Shown here: piece by piece, positions 1-8,700 of the stretch
Numbering within the stretch: position 1 is the stretch's first letter
Layout: each line of letters opens with the position of its first letter
From: an uncultured Iamiaceae bacterium
GTDB taxonomy: Bacteria; Actinomycetota; Acidimicrobiia; Acidimicrobiales; Acidimicrobilacustridaceae
Length of the DNA: 32,000 bases
Assembly: GCA_963706425.1 (NCBI GenBank)
Contig: CAVPMN010000020.1
Span: 361,130 to 393,129 of the forward strand
Direction: 5' to 3'
The notes under the pieces: model-generated
The model's database searches: none
Seen by the model: only the letters and a program-made list of their open reading frames with translations
What the model was told of the DNA's origin: nothing
Made by a program: the position numbers and the translations under genes

Positions 1-2
1 TG

Positions 3-878
3 AAGAGCCTGCCCGCCTCTGGCGCCGCCGGGCTGTCGCCCAAGGCCAGCTCGGGGCTCTACGCCGTGCTGCCGGCGAGAGGCGCCACCATCGGCCTGCT
101 CGCCGTGGAGGACAAGGCCGAGCGCCACTTCACCGGCCGCGACGCCGAGCTGCTCAAGGGCTTCGTCGAGCCCGTCGCGCTGGCCATCGACAACGCCCGG
201 TGGTTCGCCCGCCTGCGCACGGTCGGTGCCGACGAGGAACGCACCCGCATCGCCCGTGACCTGCACGACCGCATCGGCCAATCGCTCGCCTACCTGGCCT
301 TCGAGCTCGATCGCATCGTCACCAAGGAGCAGGGCGGCGACGGGGTGGGGCCCGAGCTCGAGCACCTCCGCGACGACGTGCGGGGTGTGATCCGCGAGGT
401 GCGCGACACCCTCTACGACCTGCGCACCGACGTCACCGACGCCCAGGACATGGCGGCCACGCTCGAGGCCTACGTGGCCCGGGTGCAGGAGCGCAGCCCG
501 CTCACGATCGATCTCTACTGCGATCGCAGCGCCCGCCTGCCCCTGCTGCAGGAACGCGAGATGTGGCGGATCGCCCAAGAGGCGCTGGCCAACGTCGAGC
601 GCCACTCGGGCGCCACCGCAGTGCGGGTCCTGTGGCGCTGCAACGGCGAGTCGGCCGCGCTCGAGATCACCGACAACGGCCATGGCTTCCCCATCGGGCG
701 GGCGGGGCGCCTCGACTCCTACGGCATCCTCGGCATGCGCGAGCGGGCGTCGTCGATCGGCGCCACCCTCGAGCTCACGAGCAAGCCCGACAAGGGCACC
801 CGCGTGCGCTGCAGCCTCATCCGATCGTCCGACGGAACCAGTGACATGAGCCACGCCGTCGGGGCGGGCGCAAGCTAG
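3..878 (+). CDS. Sensor histidine kinase, C-terminal part (GAF - HisKA_3 - HATPase_c); 5' end outside window
   Basis: Frame 3 is open from nt 3 to TAG 876-878. Translation shows the end of a GAF-like domain (LLAVEDKAERHFTGRDAELLKGF), the HisKA_3 H-box DEERTRIARDLHDRIGQSL, and ATPase boxes (ALANVERHS, ITDNGHGF, GILGMRERA). Confidence 0.9.
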   Translation, partial: KSLPASGAAGLSPKASSGLYAVLPARGATIGLLAVEDKAERHFTGRDAELLKGFVEPVALAIDNARWFARLRTVGADEERTRIARDLHDRIGQSLAYLAFELDRIVTKEQGGDGVGPELEHLRDDVRGVIREVRDTLYDLRTDVTDAQDMAATLEAYVARVQERSPLTIDLYCDRSARLPLLQEREMWRIAQEALANVERHSGATAVRVLWRCNGESAALEITDNGHGFPIGRAGRLDSYGILGMRERASSIGATLELTSKPDKGTRVRCSLIRSSDGTSDMSHAVGAGAS

Positions 879-918
879 TGTCGCGGCCTGTGCGGCTACC
901 GACTCCAAGGAGTTGCCG

Positions 919-1563
919 GTGACCATTCGCCTGATGCTCGCCGACGACCATCGCATGCTGCGAGAGGGTCTGCGTCGGTCCATGACCGACCAGGGCTTCG
1001 ATGTCGTCGGTGAAGCCCGAGACGGCGACGAGGCCGTGCGCCTCGCCGACGAGGTGCAGCCCGACGTCATCTTGATGGACGTCACGATGCCCGAGATGGA
1101 CGGCGTCGAGGCCACCCGCCAGATCAAGCAGGCCCAGCCCGGCGTGCGCATCGTCATGCTCACCATGCACGCCGACCAGGAGGTGCTGGCGTCGGCGATC
1201 CGGGCGGGCGCGAGCGGCTACCTCGTGAAGGACTGCTCCACCGACGAGATCGCCTCGGCCGTGCGCATGGCGGCCAGCGGTGAGACCGCTCTGTCGCCCC
1301 AGCTCGCCGCGTCGATGCTCGACGAGGTGCGGCGCATGGACCAGCCGGCGACCGAGGAGGAGCGGGTCATCACCCGCCGCGAGGAAGAGGTCCTCCAGTT
1401 GATCGCCGACGGCTGCTCCACGCCCGAGGTGGCCGAGCGGCTCTACATCAGCCAGAAGACGGTGAAGAACCACCTGGCGTCGATCTACCAGAAGCTCGAC
1501 GCCCGCGACCGCACGCAGGCGGTCCTGCAGGCGGTGCGCATGGGCATCGTCCACCTCGACTGA
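919..1563 (+). CDS. NarL/LuxR-family response regulator (REC + LuxR HTH)
   Basis: REC motifs LADDH and DVILMDVTMPEMDG. C-terminal LuxR HTH: TRREEEVLQLIADGCSTPEVAERLYISQKTVKNHLASIYQKL. The ORF track starts at TTG 913, but in-frame GTG 919 sits 7 nt after SD AAGGAG (906-911), so 919 is preferred. Stop is TGA 1561-1563. Confidence 0.9.
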   Translation: MTIRLMLADDHRMLREGLRRSMTDQGFDVVGEARDGDEAVRLADEVQPDVILMDVTMPEMDGVEATRQIKQAQPGVRIVMLTMHADQEVLASAIRAGASGYLVKDCSTDEIASAVRMAASGETALSPQLAASMLDEVRRMDQPATEEERVITRREEEVLQLIADGCSTPEVAERLYISQKTVKNHLASIYQKLDARDRTQAVLQAVRMGIVHLD

Positions 1564-1777
1564 CCCGCTGGCTCGACTGACGGCGCCCCTCACTCCGCCG
1601 AGCGGCGATTCCCACTCTGTGTCGATGTTCGCGTCCAGTTATCCACAGACCGTGGCACAAATGGGTCGAACTGCCTATTAGGAAGGCGGAGGGTGCGGCC
1701 GATAGTTCTAGCGACAGGGAACTGGGTCTCGGCAAACCGGGGCCTCCGTCAGCACCAGATAAGGGAGACCACCCAAA

Positions 1778-1969
1778 ATGCTTACCTCGTATGAGTTCGT
1801 CAGCGCCTGGCTCCAGGCCCGTTGCAAGACCGACCGTGGCGCCTCGCTCGTCGAGTACGCCCTCCTCGTGGCTCTGATCGCCGTCGTGTGCATCATCGCC
1901 ATCCGCTTCCTCGGCCAGAGCGCCTCGGACAAGTTCTCCGAGGTCGGTTCGGCTGTCGACGGCAGCTGA
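1778..1969 (+). CDS. flp: Flp-family type IVb pilin (prepilin), copy 1
   Basis: 63 aa. Flp signature G/ASLVEYALLVALIAVV (prepilin-peptidase site Gly followed by xxxxEY and a hydrophobic helix). SD AAGGGAG at 1761-1767. Ser-rich C-terminal tail. Confidence 0.9.
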   Translation: MLTSYEFVSAWLQARCKTDRGASLVEYALLVALIAVVCIIAIRFLGQSASDKFSEVGSAVDGS

Positions 1970-1987
1970 TCCATCACGTTCTTGTTG

Positions 1988-2015
1988 GTGACGGTGGGGC
2001 TCGCCCCACCGTCAC
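1988..2015 (+). terminator. Perfect 12-bp GC-rich stem / 4-nt loop hairpin between the two flp genes (candidate intercistronic attenuator or mRNA-stabilising hairpin)
   Basis: GTGACGGTGGGG-CTCG-CCCCACCGTCAC read directly, starting 19 nt after the flp-1 stop. No U-tract follows. Confidence 0.5.
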
Positions 2016-2048
2016 TGGCGGGATGTCACCCGAAAGGGGGACCGTGTC

Positions 2049-2234
2049 ATGGGTCTCGGAGCTTGGACTCCGGACGCTCGGCGGTTGCAAGGAGATCAGG
2101 GTGCAAGTCTCGTGGAGTATGCCCTGCTCATCTCTCTGATCGCCCTGGTGTGCGCCGGAGCACTCAACTACTTCCAGCAGGCGACCACGAGAAGTTTCTC
2201 GGAATCGGCCAGCACGATCGATTCCAACACCTGA
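2049..2234 (+). CDS. flp: Flp-family type IVb pilin (prepilin), copy 2
   Basis: 61 aa. Same G/ASLVEYALLISLIALV motif. SD AAGGGGG at 2034-2040 lies 8 nt before ATG 2049 (alternative TTG 2085). Ser/Thr-rich tail. Confidence 0.85.
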   Translation: MGLGAWTPDARRLQGDQGASLVEYALLISLIALVCAGALNYFQQATTRSFSESASTIDSNT

Positions 2235-2253
2235 TCGGAAGACAAGAAGTTCG

Positions 2254-2288
2254 AAAGGAGCGGCGATCCGGCGGATCGCCGCTCCTTT
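2254..2288. terminator. Strong hairpin, 15-bp perfect stem / 5-nt loop, downstream of flp-2 (likely terminator, possibly bidirectional)
   Basis: AAAGGAGCGGCGATC-CGGCG-GATCGCCGCTCCTTT. It lies between the convergent flp-2 (stop 2234) and the minus-strand gene ending at 2395. The TTT is part of the stem and no long U-tract follows. Confidence 0.6.
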
Positions 2289-2394
2289 CGCGTGTGCGCT
2301 GCGCTGCCTGCCGCCGTGGCCACCCCGCGGCTGACACCACGCTCCCCGCAGTGCTCGGCATCCGCGGCGGCTGAGCCGGCCCGGGTCGGCGGCG

Positions 2395-2901
2395 TCAGAC
2401 GGATCGGCCGGCGAAGGCGGCGATGCGCTGGTAGGCGTCGGCATCGGCGGGTGCCGGCTGCTCGGGGCCGAAGGCACCGCCCCGCATGTCGTCGGTCATC
2501 GAGGCGCTCATGAAGGCAAGGCCTGCCTCGGCGACCTCGGGGTCGAGATCCGCCGTCGGCCTGCCCAGAGCGGTCGTCAGGTCATAGGCGTGCACGGCGA
2601 GCTCGGCCGCAGCCATTCCCTCCGGGAAGGAACCGCTACCGGCGTCGAGCGCCTCGACCAAGCTGCGTCCCTCCCGCTGGAGCGCCGACGCAGGGTCGTC
2701 GTAGTGAGTCGAAGCAGACCAGTCGGGCTGACCACCATTCGCCATGGTGGCCATGCCGGCGACGCTGTTGACGACGTGGTCGCTCAGATCGGCGACGGTC
2801 CATTCCGAGCACGGCGTCGGTCGCCCGGCGTCGTCGGGCGTGACTGCGGCGAGAAGGGCACCGAGCTGGTCGAGCCCGCTGGCGACGATCGAGGTGGCCA
2901 T
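2395..2901 (-). CDS. TIGR03086 / mycothiol-dependent maleylpyruvate-isomerase-N (DinB-like) family metal-binding protein
   Basis: 168 aa. N-terminal LDQLGALLAAVTPDDAGRPTPCSEWTVADLSDHV pattern and C-terminal AYQRIAAFAGR ending, both typical of this actinobacterial family. Confidence 0.75.
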   Translation of the reverse strand: MATSIVASGLDQLGALLAAVTPDDAGRPTPCSEWTVADLSDHVVNSVAGMATMANGGQPDWSASTHYDDPASALQREGRSLVEALDAGSGSFPEGMAAAELAVHAYDLTTALGRPTADLDPEVAEAGLAFMSASMTDDMRGGAFGPEQPAPADADAYQRIAAFAGRSV

Positions 2902-2956
2902 TGACCCTTTCTACCAGCAAGCACGCAGCACTCGACCGGCGCCGACTGCTGCTCGA

Positions 2957-3181
2957 TCACTGGGCCGAGACGACCACATACGCCAGTGCTAGGACCGCCA
3001 GGCCGACCAGCGACGCGACCACCGCGACCGAGCTGATCCGATTCGCCTGCTGGAGCTGGCAGAGCTCCCCGTCGGACACATCCGGCTGTCGAGCAGCTGC
3101 ACGAAGACGCAGCCCCACGATCGTTCGGATCAACAACCCGATGAGGGTGGCCACGCCGAAGAACACGAGCACGGGTGTCAT
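2957..3181 (-). CDS. Small hypothetical membrane protein (two predicted TM helices)
   Basis: 74 aa. Two hydrophobic segments (VLVFFGVATLIGLLIRTIVGL and SSVAVVASLVGLAVLALAYVVV). Strong SD GGGGAGGAG 8 nt upstream of ATG 3181. Confidence 0.6.
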   Translation of the reverse strand: MTPVLVFFGVATLIGLLIRTIVGLRLRAAARQPDVSDGELCQLQQANRISSVAVVASLVGLAVLALAYVVVSAQ

Positions 3182-3246
3182 CAGCAGACTCCTCCCCCAA
3201 CCGACAGAGCTGCTCGCCTCATCATCCCTCCTCGCTCGCTACGGCC

Positions 3247-4539
3247 TCAGCTCAAGCAGGCGAACCCGGCTGCCCCCAGCGATCGGTCGAGGAATCGGGT
3301 GACCTGTCTCGACCACAGATAACCGACGTGGTTGCCGCCGTACCAGAAGATCTCGGGCTCGTCCCATCGCTGCCAGAGCGCATGGGCCTGCGGAGGCGGG
3401 GCCATGCGGTCGCCGAGCCCCGCGAAGATGAACCGACGACCCTGAGGCACCTTTGGCTCGAAGGCGAGCGGCGACACCACCTGATGCACGATCTCGGCGT
3501 TGCCGTCGAGGATCTCGTGCTCGACGGCGCGCAGTCGGATGTGCATGGGGCTTTGATGGCGGAACATCTCGGGAAAGTTGACCACCGGAATTCCGGCGAT
3601 GGCGCAGTCGATGTCGTCTTCGAGCCCGGCCAGCAATGCCGTCACGTAGGCACCGAGGGAGACGCCGTACAAGGCCACGAGCGGAGCGTCTTGGGCGCGC
3701 ACCCAGCTGATCACCTGCCGGATGTCCCACACGGCCTGGCTCAGGCCATGGACCGTGTTGATCAGGTCGAACGACAGGAACTGCTCGCCGCTGACGCGGT
3801 TGATGCGGCGGGGGCCGTGGAGCGGCAGTACCGGCATGACGACGTTGAGCCCGAGGTCGCGGTGCAGGTGAGTCGCGTGCAAGCCGACGAGGTCCATGAA
3901 CGGGTAGCCACACGCGAAGCCGTGAATGGCGACCACCCAGGGTCGCGGCTCGCCGGGGTGGCGCAGCACGGCTGCCACCGCGGTCCGGTTCGCCTTGTAA
4001 CCCGTCCAACGTTCGCTGCCCGGCTCGTCCCGGCGGGGCGACCAGCCGCTCGGGAACAGCAGGCGCTCGAAACGCTGCCCGAGTGCCCACCCTCTGTCGA
4101 TGGCCGGCGTCTCGAGATCGGGTGGGCGGCGATGGTAGGAGGCCGGGTCGTCGAGCCAGCCCTTCGATTGGTACAGCAAACGGGCGTGGGCCAACTCGGC
4201 GGCGACCCGCTCGTAGTCGGCGCGACGGGGGAAGCGGTTCGGCCCCATGGCGACCGCCAGGATCGTCTCGTCGATCGCCACCTGGGCTGCCAACGCTGGT
4301 GATAGCGCCGGTTTGGGCAGGCCCGGGACGTCATCGCGAGCCCGGCGGGCCAGCGTGGCCGCCATGAACCTGGCGGTACGCGGGATGGCAGCGAGGGCGC
4401 GCGTGGGGGTGGTCCTCGCCAGGGATCGCTCGAGCCCTCGGTAGGAGCGTTGCGCCTGACCGATCACCGCTGCGGGTGCGGTGCGCACCGCATCGAGCGG
4501 GTGCTGCCCTGAGCCGGTCGTCCTCGCCGCTGCGGGCAT
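3247..4539 (-). CDS. Alpha/beta-fold hydrolase (lipase/esterase-like)
   Basis: Nucleophile elbow GVSLG within LVALYGVSLGAYVTALLAG. HG oxyanion-type motif VVAIHGF. ATG 4539 is preceded by SD GGAGG (4545-4549) and is preferred over GTG 4551 from the ORF track. Confidence 0.8.
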   Translation of the reverse strand: MPAAARTTGSGQHPLDAVRTAPAAVIGQAQRSYRGLERSLARTTPTRALAAIPRTARFMAATLARRARDDVPGLPKPALSPALAAQVAIDETILAVAMGPNRFPRRADYERVAAELAHARLLYQSKGWLDDPASYHRRPPDLETPAIDRGWALGQRFERLLFPSGWSPRRDEPGSERWTGYKANRTAVAAVLRHPGEPRPWVVAIHGFACGYPFMDLVGLHATHLHRDLGLNVVMPVLPLHGPRRINRVSGEQFLSFDLINTVHGLSQAVWDIRQVISWVRAQDAPLVALYGVSLGAYVTALLAGLEDDIDCAIAGIPVVNFPEMFRHQSPMHIRLRAVEHEILDGNAEIVHQVVSPLAFEPKVPQGRRFIFAGLGDRMAPPPQAHALWQRWDEPEIFWYGGNHVGYLWSRQVTRFLDRSLGAAGFACLS

Positions 4540-4586
4540 TCGAACCTCCACGGTGACGTCGACGGGATCTGACGCCGCATCAGATT

Positions 4587-6020
4587 CTACTGCTCGACCG
4601 GCGGCGAGTCCCCGAAGGCCGCTGCCTGGAGCTCACGGGAGGCTTTCAGCAAGTCGGCGACGCCTTCGAGGAACCCGTCGGCGACGGCGCGGGGGTCGTC
4701 GACCAGGTCGGGGCAGGCGATGACACCGATGTCGAGATCGCCGCTCTGGCTCAGGACGGTGAGGTTGAGCCCGGCGTTGCCGATGAGCGGGCCCATCGGA
4801 TACGTCGCCAACACCCGCGCCCCCGCCAGGTAGAGCGGGATGGGAGGGCCGGGCACGTTCGACACGAGCATGTTGAACAGCGGGGGGTGGAACCGGCCGA
4901 GCCCGAGGCCCGAGTACGTCCGAGCGGCGGCGGTGAGCAACGCCGCGGGCGCCAGCTCGGCCCAGTCCTCGAGCACGTCGGGGCCGAGCGCCTGTTGGAC
5001 CCCTTTGGCCCCGACCGCGTCGGCGTGGACCGATCGCAAGACCTCGACCGGCTCGTCGATCTGCACCGGCAGCGAGATCAGGATGGTGGTCGTCCGGTTG
5101 CCGAACGTGCTGTCGGCGCTGCGCTCGAGTGCCACTGGGACGGAGGCCACCAGTGGCCGCGACGGCAGCGCATCGCGATCGAGCAGGTAGCGGCGCAGCG
5201 AGATCGTCGTGGCAGCCAGCACGACGTCGTTGATCGTGGTGGCGAATGCGCGGCGGATCTGTTTGAGATCGTCGAGTGAGCCACGCCCGAAGGCGACAGA
5301 CCGCGCCGCGGTGAGAGCGCCGTTGAACGTGGTACCCGGCGCCACCGACAGTGGTGAGCCGCGGTCCCGTCTCAGTGCGCCCGCCGATCGGATCAAGCTG
5401 GCCGCGGTTCGCGCCAGCACCCCGGGAAGCCGCGCCCACCGGGCAAGCGCGCCGGGGCCCGCCTGGGCGATCAGCGCCACAGGATGGGGCACCGCCTCGC
5501 CCTCCCACGCGCTCACCTCGTCCAAAGCGCCGGCTTCTGCATCCGGCTCGAGGTCGAACAGAGAGGCCATCAGGTCACCACCCGCAGCGCCGTCCATGAT
5601 GGCGTGGTGCACCTTGGTGACCAGGGCCACCGAACCATCGGCGAAGCCGTCGACCAGCCATGTCTCCCAGAGGGGTCGCTCACGGTCGAGCGGGACGCTC
5701 GCCACGCTGCTTACGAACAGCTCGAGATCGGCTTGCGTCGCGCCGGGCCCGAGCGTGCGGTGGTGGAGGTGGTTCGACAGATCGAACGAGGGATCCTCGA
5801 TCCATCGGGGATGGTCGAGGCCAGCCCGAACCGACACGACCCGGCGGCGAAACGGCGGTATCAGATGGAGGCGCTGGCGAAAGAGCGCGTCGAGGCGCTC
5901 GGGCGTGAAGCCGCTGTCAGTGCCGGTGGGATCGAGGATGAGCACGCCCATCACATGCAGGTGCATGGCCGGCGTCTCCATCTCGACGAACGCGGCGTCG
6001 GTGCCGGTCACTCGTCGCAC
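4587..6020 (-). CDS. Wax ester synthase / diacylglycerol acyltransferase (WS/DGAT) family, paralog 1
   Basis: Active-site HHxxxDG present as HHAIMDGAAG. N-terminus TGTDAAFVEMETPAMHLHVMG is typical of the family. The printed 516-aa ORF has a non-homologous leader. Plausible starts are GTG 6020 (SD-like GAGGTGGG upstream) or GTG 6011. Confidence 0.85.
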   Translation of the reverse strand: MRRVTGTDAAFVEMETPAMHLHVMGVLILDPTGTDSGFTPERLDALFRQRLHLIPPFRRRVVSVRAGLDHPRWIEDPSFDLSNHLHHRTLGPGATQADLELFVSSVASVPLDRERPLWETWLVDGFADGSVALVTKVHHAIMDGAAGGDLMASLFDLEPDAEAGALDEVSAWEGEAVPHPVALIAQAGPGALARWARLPGVLARTAASLIRSAGALRRDRGSPLSVAPGTTFNGALTAARSVAFGRGSLDDLKQIRRAFATTINDVVLAATTISLRRYLLDRDALPSRPLVASVPVALERSADSTFGNRTTTILISLPVQIDEPVEVLRSVHADAVGAKGVQQALGPDVLEDWAELAPAALLTAAARTYSGLGLGRFHPPLFNMLVSNVPGPPIPLYLAGARVLATYPMGPLIGNAGLNLTVLSQSGDLDIGVIACPDLVDDPRAVADGFLEGVADLLKASRELQAAAFGDSPPVEQ

Positions 6021-6163
6021 GGCGCCCACCTCGTGCTGATGACCGTGACCGGTCCCCGGTGGTGGCGATCGAGGAGGGCCGGCGTGAGCGATACTCCCTC
6101 TTCGCGACACGTTGCTCCCGCACCGGAGGCAACGCACCGCAGGGGGTGGACACCACGGACGAG

Positions 6164-7537
6164 ATGACGGGACTCGACGCCAGGTTCCTCTACTCCGAGA
6201 CCGCCACGGCTCATATGCACACCCTAAAGATCGCGGTGATGGACGTCTCGGGCCGAAAGACCCCGCTTACCCCACCGCACCTGCTCGAACTCCTCGAGGT
6301 GTGGCTCGATCGGTTGCCCGCGCTCCGCCGGCGGATGGTGACGGTGCCGCATCGGCTCGGGCACCCCGTCTGGATCGAGGACCCCGATCTCGATCTCAGC
6401 CGGCATGTGCATTGGCGCCGGGCACGTCCGCCCGGGGGTGACCGCGAGCTGGCCACGATCGTCGCTGAGTTGGCGGCCATGCAGCTGCCGCGCGACCGTC
6501 CGCTCTGGGAGCTCACCGTCGTCGAGGGCCTCGGTGAGAGCCGGCTGGCGTTCGTGATGAAGCTGCACCACTGCGTGGCCGATGGAGCTGCGGCTGTAGC
6601 CATGCTCGAGAACGCGTTCGTGATCGACGATGAGGATGCTTTCGTGCAGCACCCGCGTCCCGAGCCGATTCCGTCGCGTCGGGAGCTCTATCGACAGGCT
6701 GCGCGCAGCGGCTCTCGCCGCCTCCGCCAGCTCCCCGACTTCGTGCGGCGAACTGCCGACGGCCTGGTCGCGGCCCGCCGGGCCCAAAGCAAGACCGACA
6801 TGGCTCTGCCGCTGCCGTTCTCGTCGGCGCGCACCTCGCTGAACGTCTCACTCGATGGAGAGCGCACCTTCGCCATGACGGCCCTGCCGCTGACGGAGCT
6901 CCTTCAGGCCAAGTCCATCGGCGGAGTGACGCTCAACGACCTGTTCCTGACCATCTGCGGCGGCGCGCTGCGCCGCTATCTGGCTCGGAGGGGTGAGTTG
7001 CCGGCGCGCAGCCTGGTGGCTGCCGTGCCGATGGCCACCCGCCATGGCACGCGGCGGTTCAGCGGGAACCACGTTGACAACCTCATGCTGTCGATCGGCA
7101 CCGACGTCGTCGATGTGGCCACGCGCGCTCAGTCGATCAACGCAACGGTTCGCGCCGCTCGACGGATCCGCACCGCGTTGGGCGCCGACCTCTTCGAGTA
7201 TCGAGCCGGACTCACGCCACCGCACCTCTATCCGCTCGGCATCCGGCTGTGGGCCCGCACCCGACTGGCCAACCACACCCGTCCTCCGGTGAACCTGATC
7301 GCGTCGAATGTCGCCGGGCCCCGGCTGCCGTTGGCGCTCGACGACGCGACGGTCACTGCTCTCTACTCTGTCGGCCCGATCCTCGAAGGCATCGGGCTCA
7401 ACATCACGGCGTGGAGCTACGTCGATCACCTCTACGTGTCGGTGCTCGGCTGTCCGGCGAGCCTCCCCGACCCCTGGGCGCTGGTCAATGATCTGCGAGC
7501 CGAGTACGACGACCTGGTCGAGGCCTACCTGGGATAG
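6164..7537 (+). CDS. WS/DGAT family acyltransferase, paralog 2 (divergent from paralog 1)
   Basis: HHCVADGAAA motif. N-terminus MTGLDARFLYSETATAHMHTLK starts at ATG 6164. The track ORF from 6059 adds a non-homologous leader. Confidence 0.85.
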   Translation: MTGLDARFLYSETATAHMHTLKIAVMDVSGRKTPLTPPHLLELLEVWLDRLPALRRRMVTVPHRLGHPVWIEDPDLDLSRHVHWRRARPPGGDRELATIVAELAAMQLPRDRPLWELTVVEGLGESRLAFVMKLHHCVADGAAAVAMLENAFVIDDEDAFVQHPRPEPIPSRRELYRQAARSGSRRLRQLPDFVRRTADGLVAARRAQSKTDMALPLPFSSARTSLNVSLDGERTFAMTALPLTELLQAKSIGGVTLNDLFLTICGGALRRYLARRGELPARSLVAAVPMATRHGTRRFSGNHVDNLMLSIGTDVVDVATRAQSINATVRAARRIRTALGADLFEYRAGLTPPHLYPLGIRLWARTRLANHTRPPVNLIASNVAGPRLPLALDDATVTALYSVGPILEGIGLNITAWSYVDHLYVSVLGCPASLPDPWALVNDLRAEYDDLVEAYLG

Positions 7538-7545
7538 GGCGCCCT

Positions 7546-8700
7546 TCAGCGGAGGCGCTCGGTGGCGGCCACGGTGGCGTCGATCAGCCCGGCACTGCGG
7601 GCATCACCCGTCAGCCCGAGCTGCATCTGGTTCATCACGTAGCCGAGCGCCCAGCGCCCGGCCGGATCGGCCATGCCGAGCGAGCCGCCGGCGCCGGCAT
7701 GGCCGAAGGAGCCCGGAGGTGCCGACGGTGGTGGGGTCATGTACCCGAGCCCGAACGCCATCGGTAGTCCGATGACGTGATCGGGGCCACTCGCCTGCAC
7801 CTCGGTCGCCCGAGCGACGGTGTCGGCGTCGAGTACACGGCGCCCGTCGACCTCACCGATCAGCGCGGCGTACAGGCGGGCGACCGCCCGAGCGGTGCCC
7901 ACCCCGTTGGACGACGGCATCTCGGCGGCCAGCACCTCGGGACGGTTCCACATCTCGTCGTAGCCGAACAGGCCCGACGGACCGGCGATGACCTGGCCGA
8001 GCAGCGTGTCCGGCCCCATGAACACGTCGAGCACCTCCTGGGTGGGCGCGTCGATGACCGGTGGATACAGGTGCGCCACCCGGTCGGCCTCTGCCGGAGG
8101 AAGCCCGATGAAGAAGTCGAGATCGAGCGGAGAGGCGATCTCGTCCGCGAAGAACCGCCCGAGGCTGCGCCCCGTGACCCGACGCACCACCTCGCCGAGG
8201 ATCCAACCGTAGGAACGGGCGTGGTAGCCGTGCTTGGTGCCGGGCTCCCAGACCGGTGCCTGCGCGGCGATGGCCTCGACCACACCCTCCCACCCGAGTA
8301 CGTCGTCCATCGTCACCTCACCGGTCACCGCCGCCAGTCCGGCCTCGTGCGACAGCACCCAGCGCAGCGGGATCTCCGCCTTCCCCGAGGCCGCGAACTC
8401 GGGCCAGTAGCGGGCGACGGGGGTGTCGAGATCGAGCACGCCGCGCTCCACCAGCAGGTGGATGCACGTGGCGGCGATCCCTTTGGTCGTCGAGAAGACC
8501 AGCTGCAGCGTGTCGCGTTGCCAGGGTCGCGACGCCTCGCGGTCGGCCAGACCGCCCCACAGGTCGACGAGCGGGCGACCGCGGTGGTACACGCACACCG
8601 CCGCCCCGACGTCACCGTGCTCTTCGAAGTTGGTGCGAAACGCCTCGGCCACCCCTTCGAACCCAGGCTCGACGTCTCCGTGGATCTCGGTGCTCGTCAC
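7546..8700 (-). CDS. Serine hydrolase, beta-lactamase fold (class C / EstB-like esterase)
   Basis: SxxK motif in LVFSTTKGIAA. N-terminus VTSTEIHGDVEPGFEGVAEAF. GTG 8700 overlaps the upstream TGA (8697-8699) as GTGA. The printed 690-aa ORF is an artefactual upstream extension. Confidence 0.85.
   Translation of the reverse strand: MTSTEIHGDVEPGFEGVAEAFRTNFEEHGDVGAAVCVYHRGRPLVDLWGGLADREASRPWQRDTLQLVFSTTKGIAATCIHLLVERGVLDLDTPVARYWPEFAASGKAEIPLRWVLSHEAGLAAVTGEVTMDDVLGWEGVVEAIAAQAPVWEPGTKHGYHARSYGWILGEVVRRVTGRSLGRFFADEIASPLDLDFFIGLPPAEADRVAHLYPPVIDAPTQEVLDVFMGPDTLLGQVIAGPSGLFGYDEMWNRPEVLAAEMPSSNGVGTARAVARLYAALIGEVDGRRVLDADTVARATEVQASGPDHVIGLPMAFGLGYMTPPPSAPPGSFGHAGAGGSLGMADPAGRWALGYVMNQMQLGLTGDARSAGLIDATVAATERLR

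Noticed and set aside
1653-1668. Perfect sigma-54 -24 element TGGCAC upstream of flp-1
   Set aside because: The expected -12 TTGC element at the correct spacing is absent (GGTC instead). Sigma-54 is not known in Actinobacteria, which this sequence resembles.
3175-4302. Long antisense or shadow ORFs opposite annotated genes (e.g. 3175..4302 +, 8256..9653 +, 12242..13426 +, 13898..15385 +, 16002..17222 +, 18801..20252 +, 29984..31021 +)
   Set aside because: Their translations are Arg/Pro/Gly-rich and low-complexity, with no recognisable motifs. Each overlaps a strongly supported gene on the other strand, as is typical of high-GC shadow frames.
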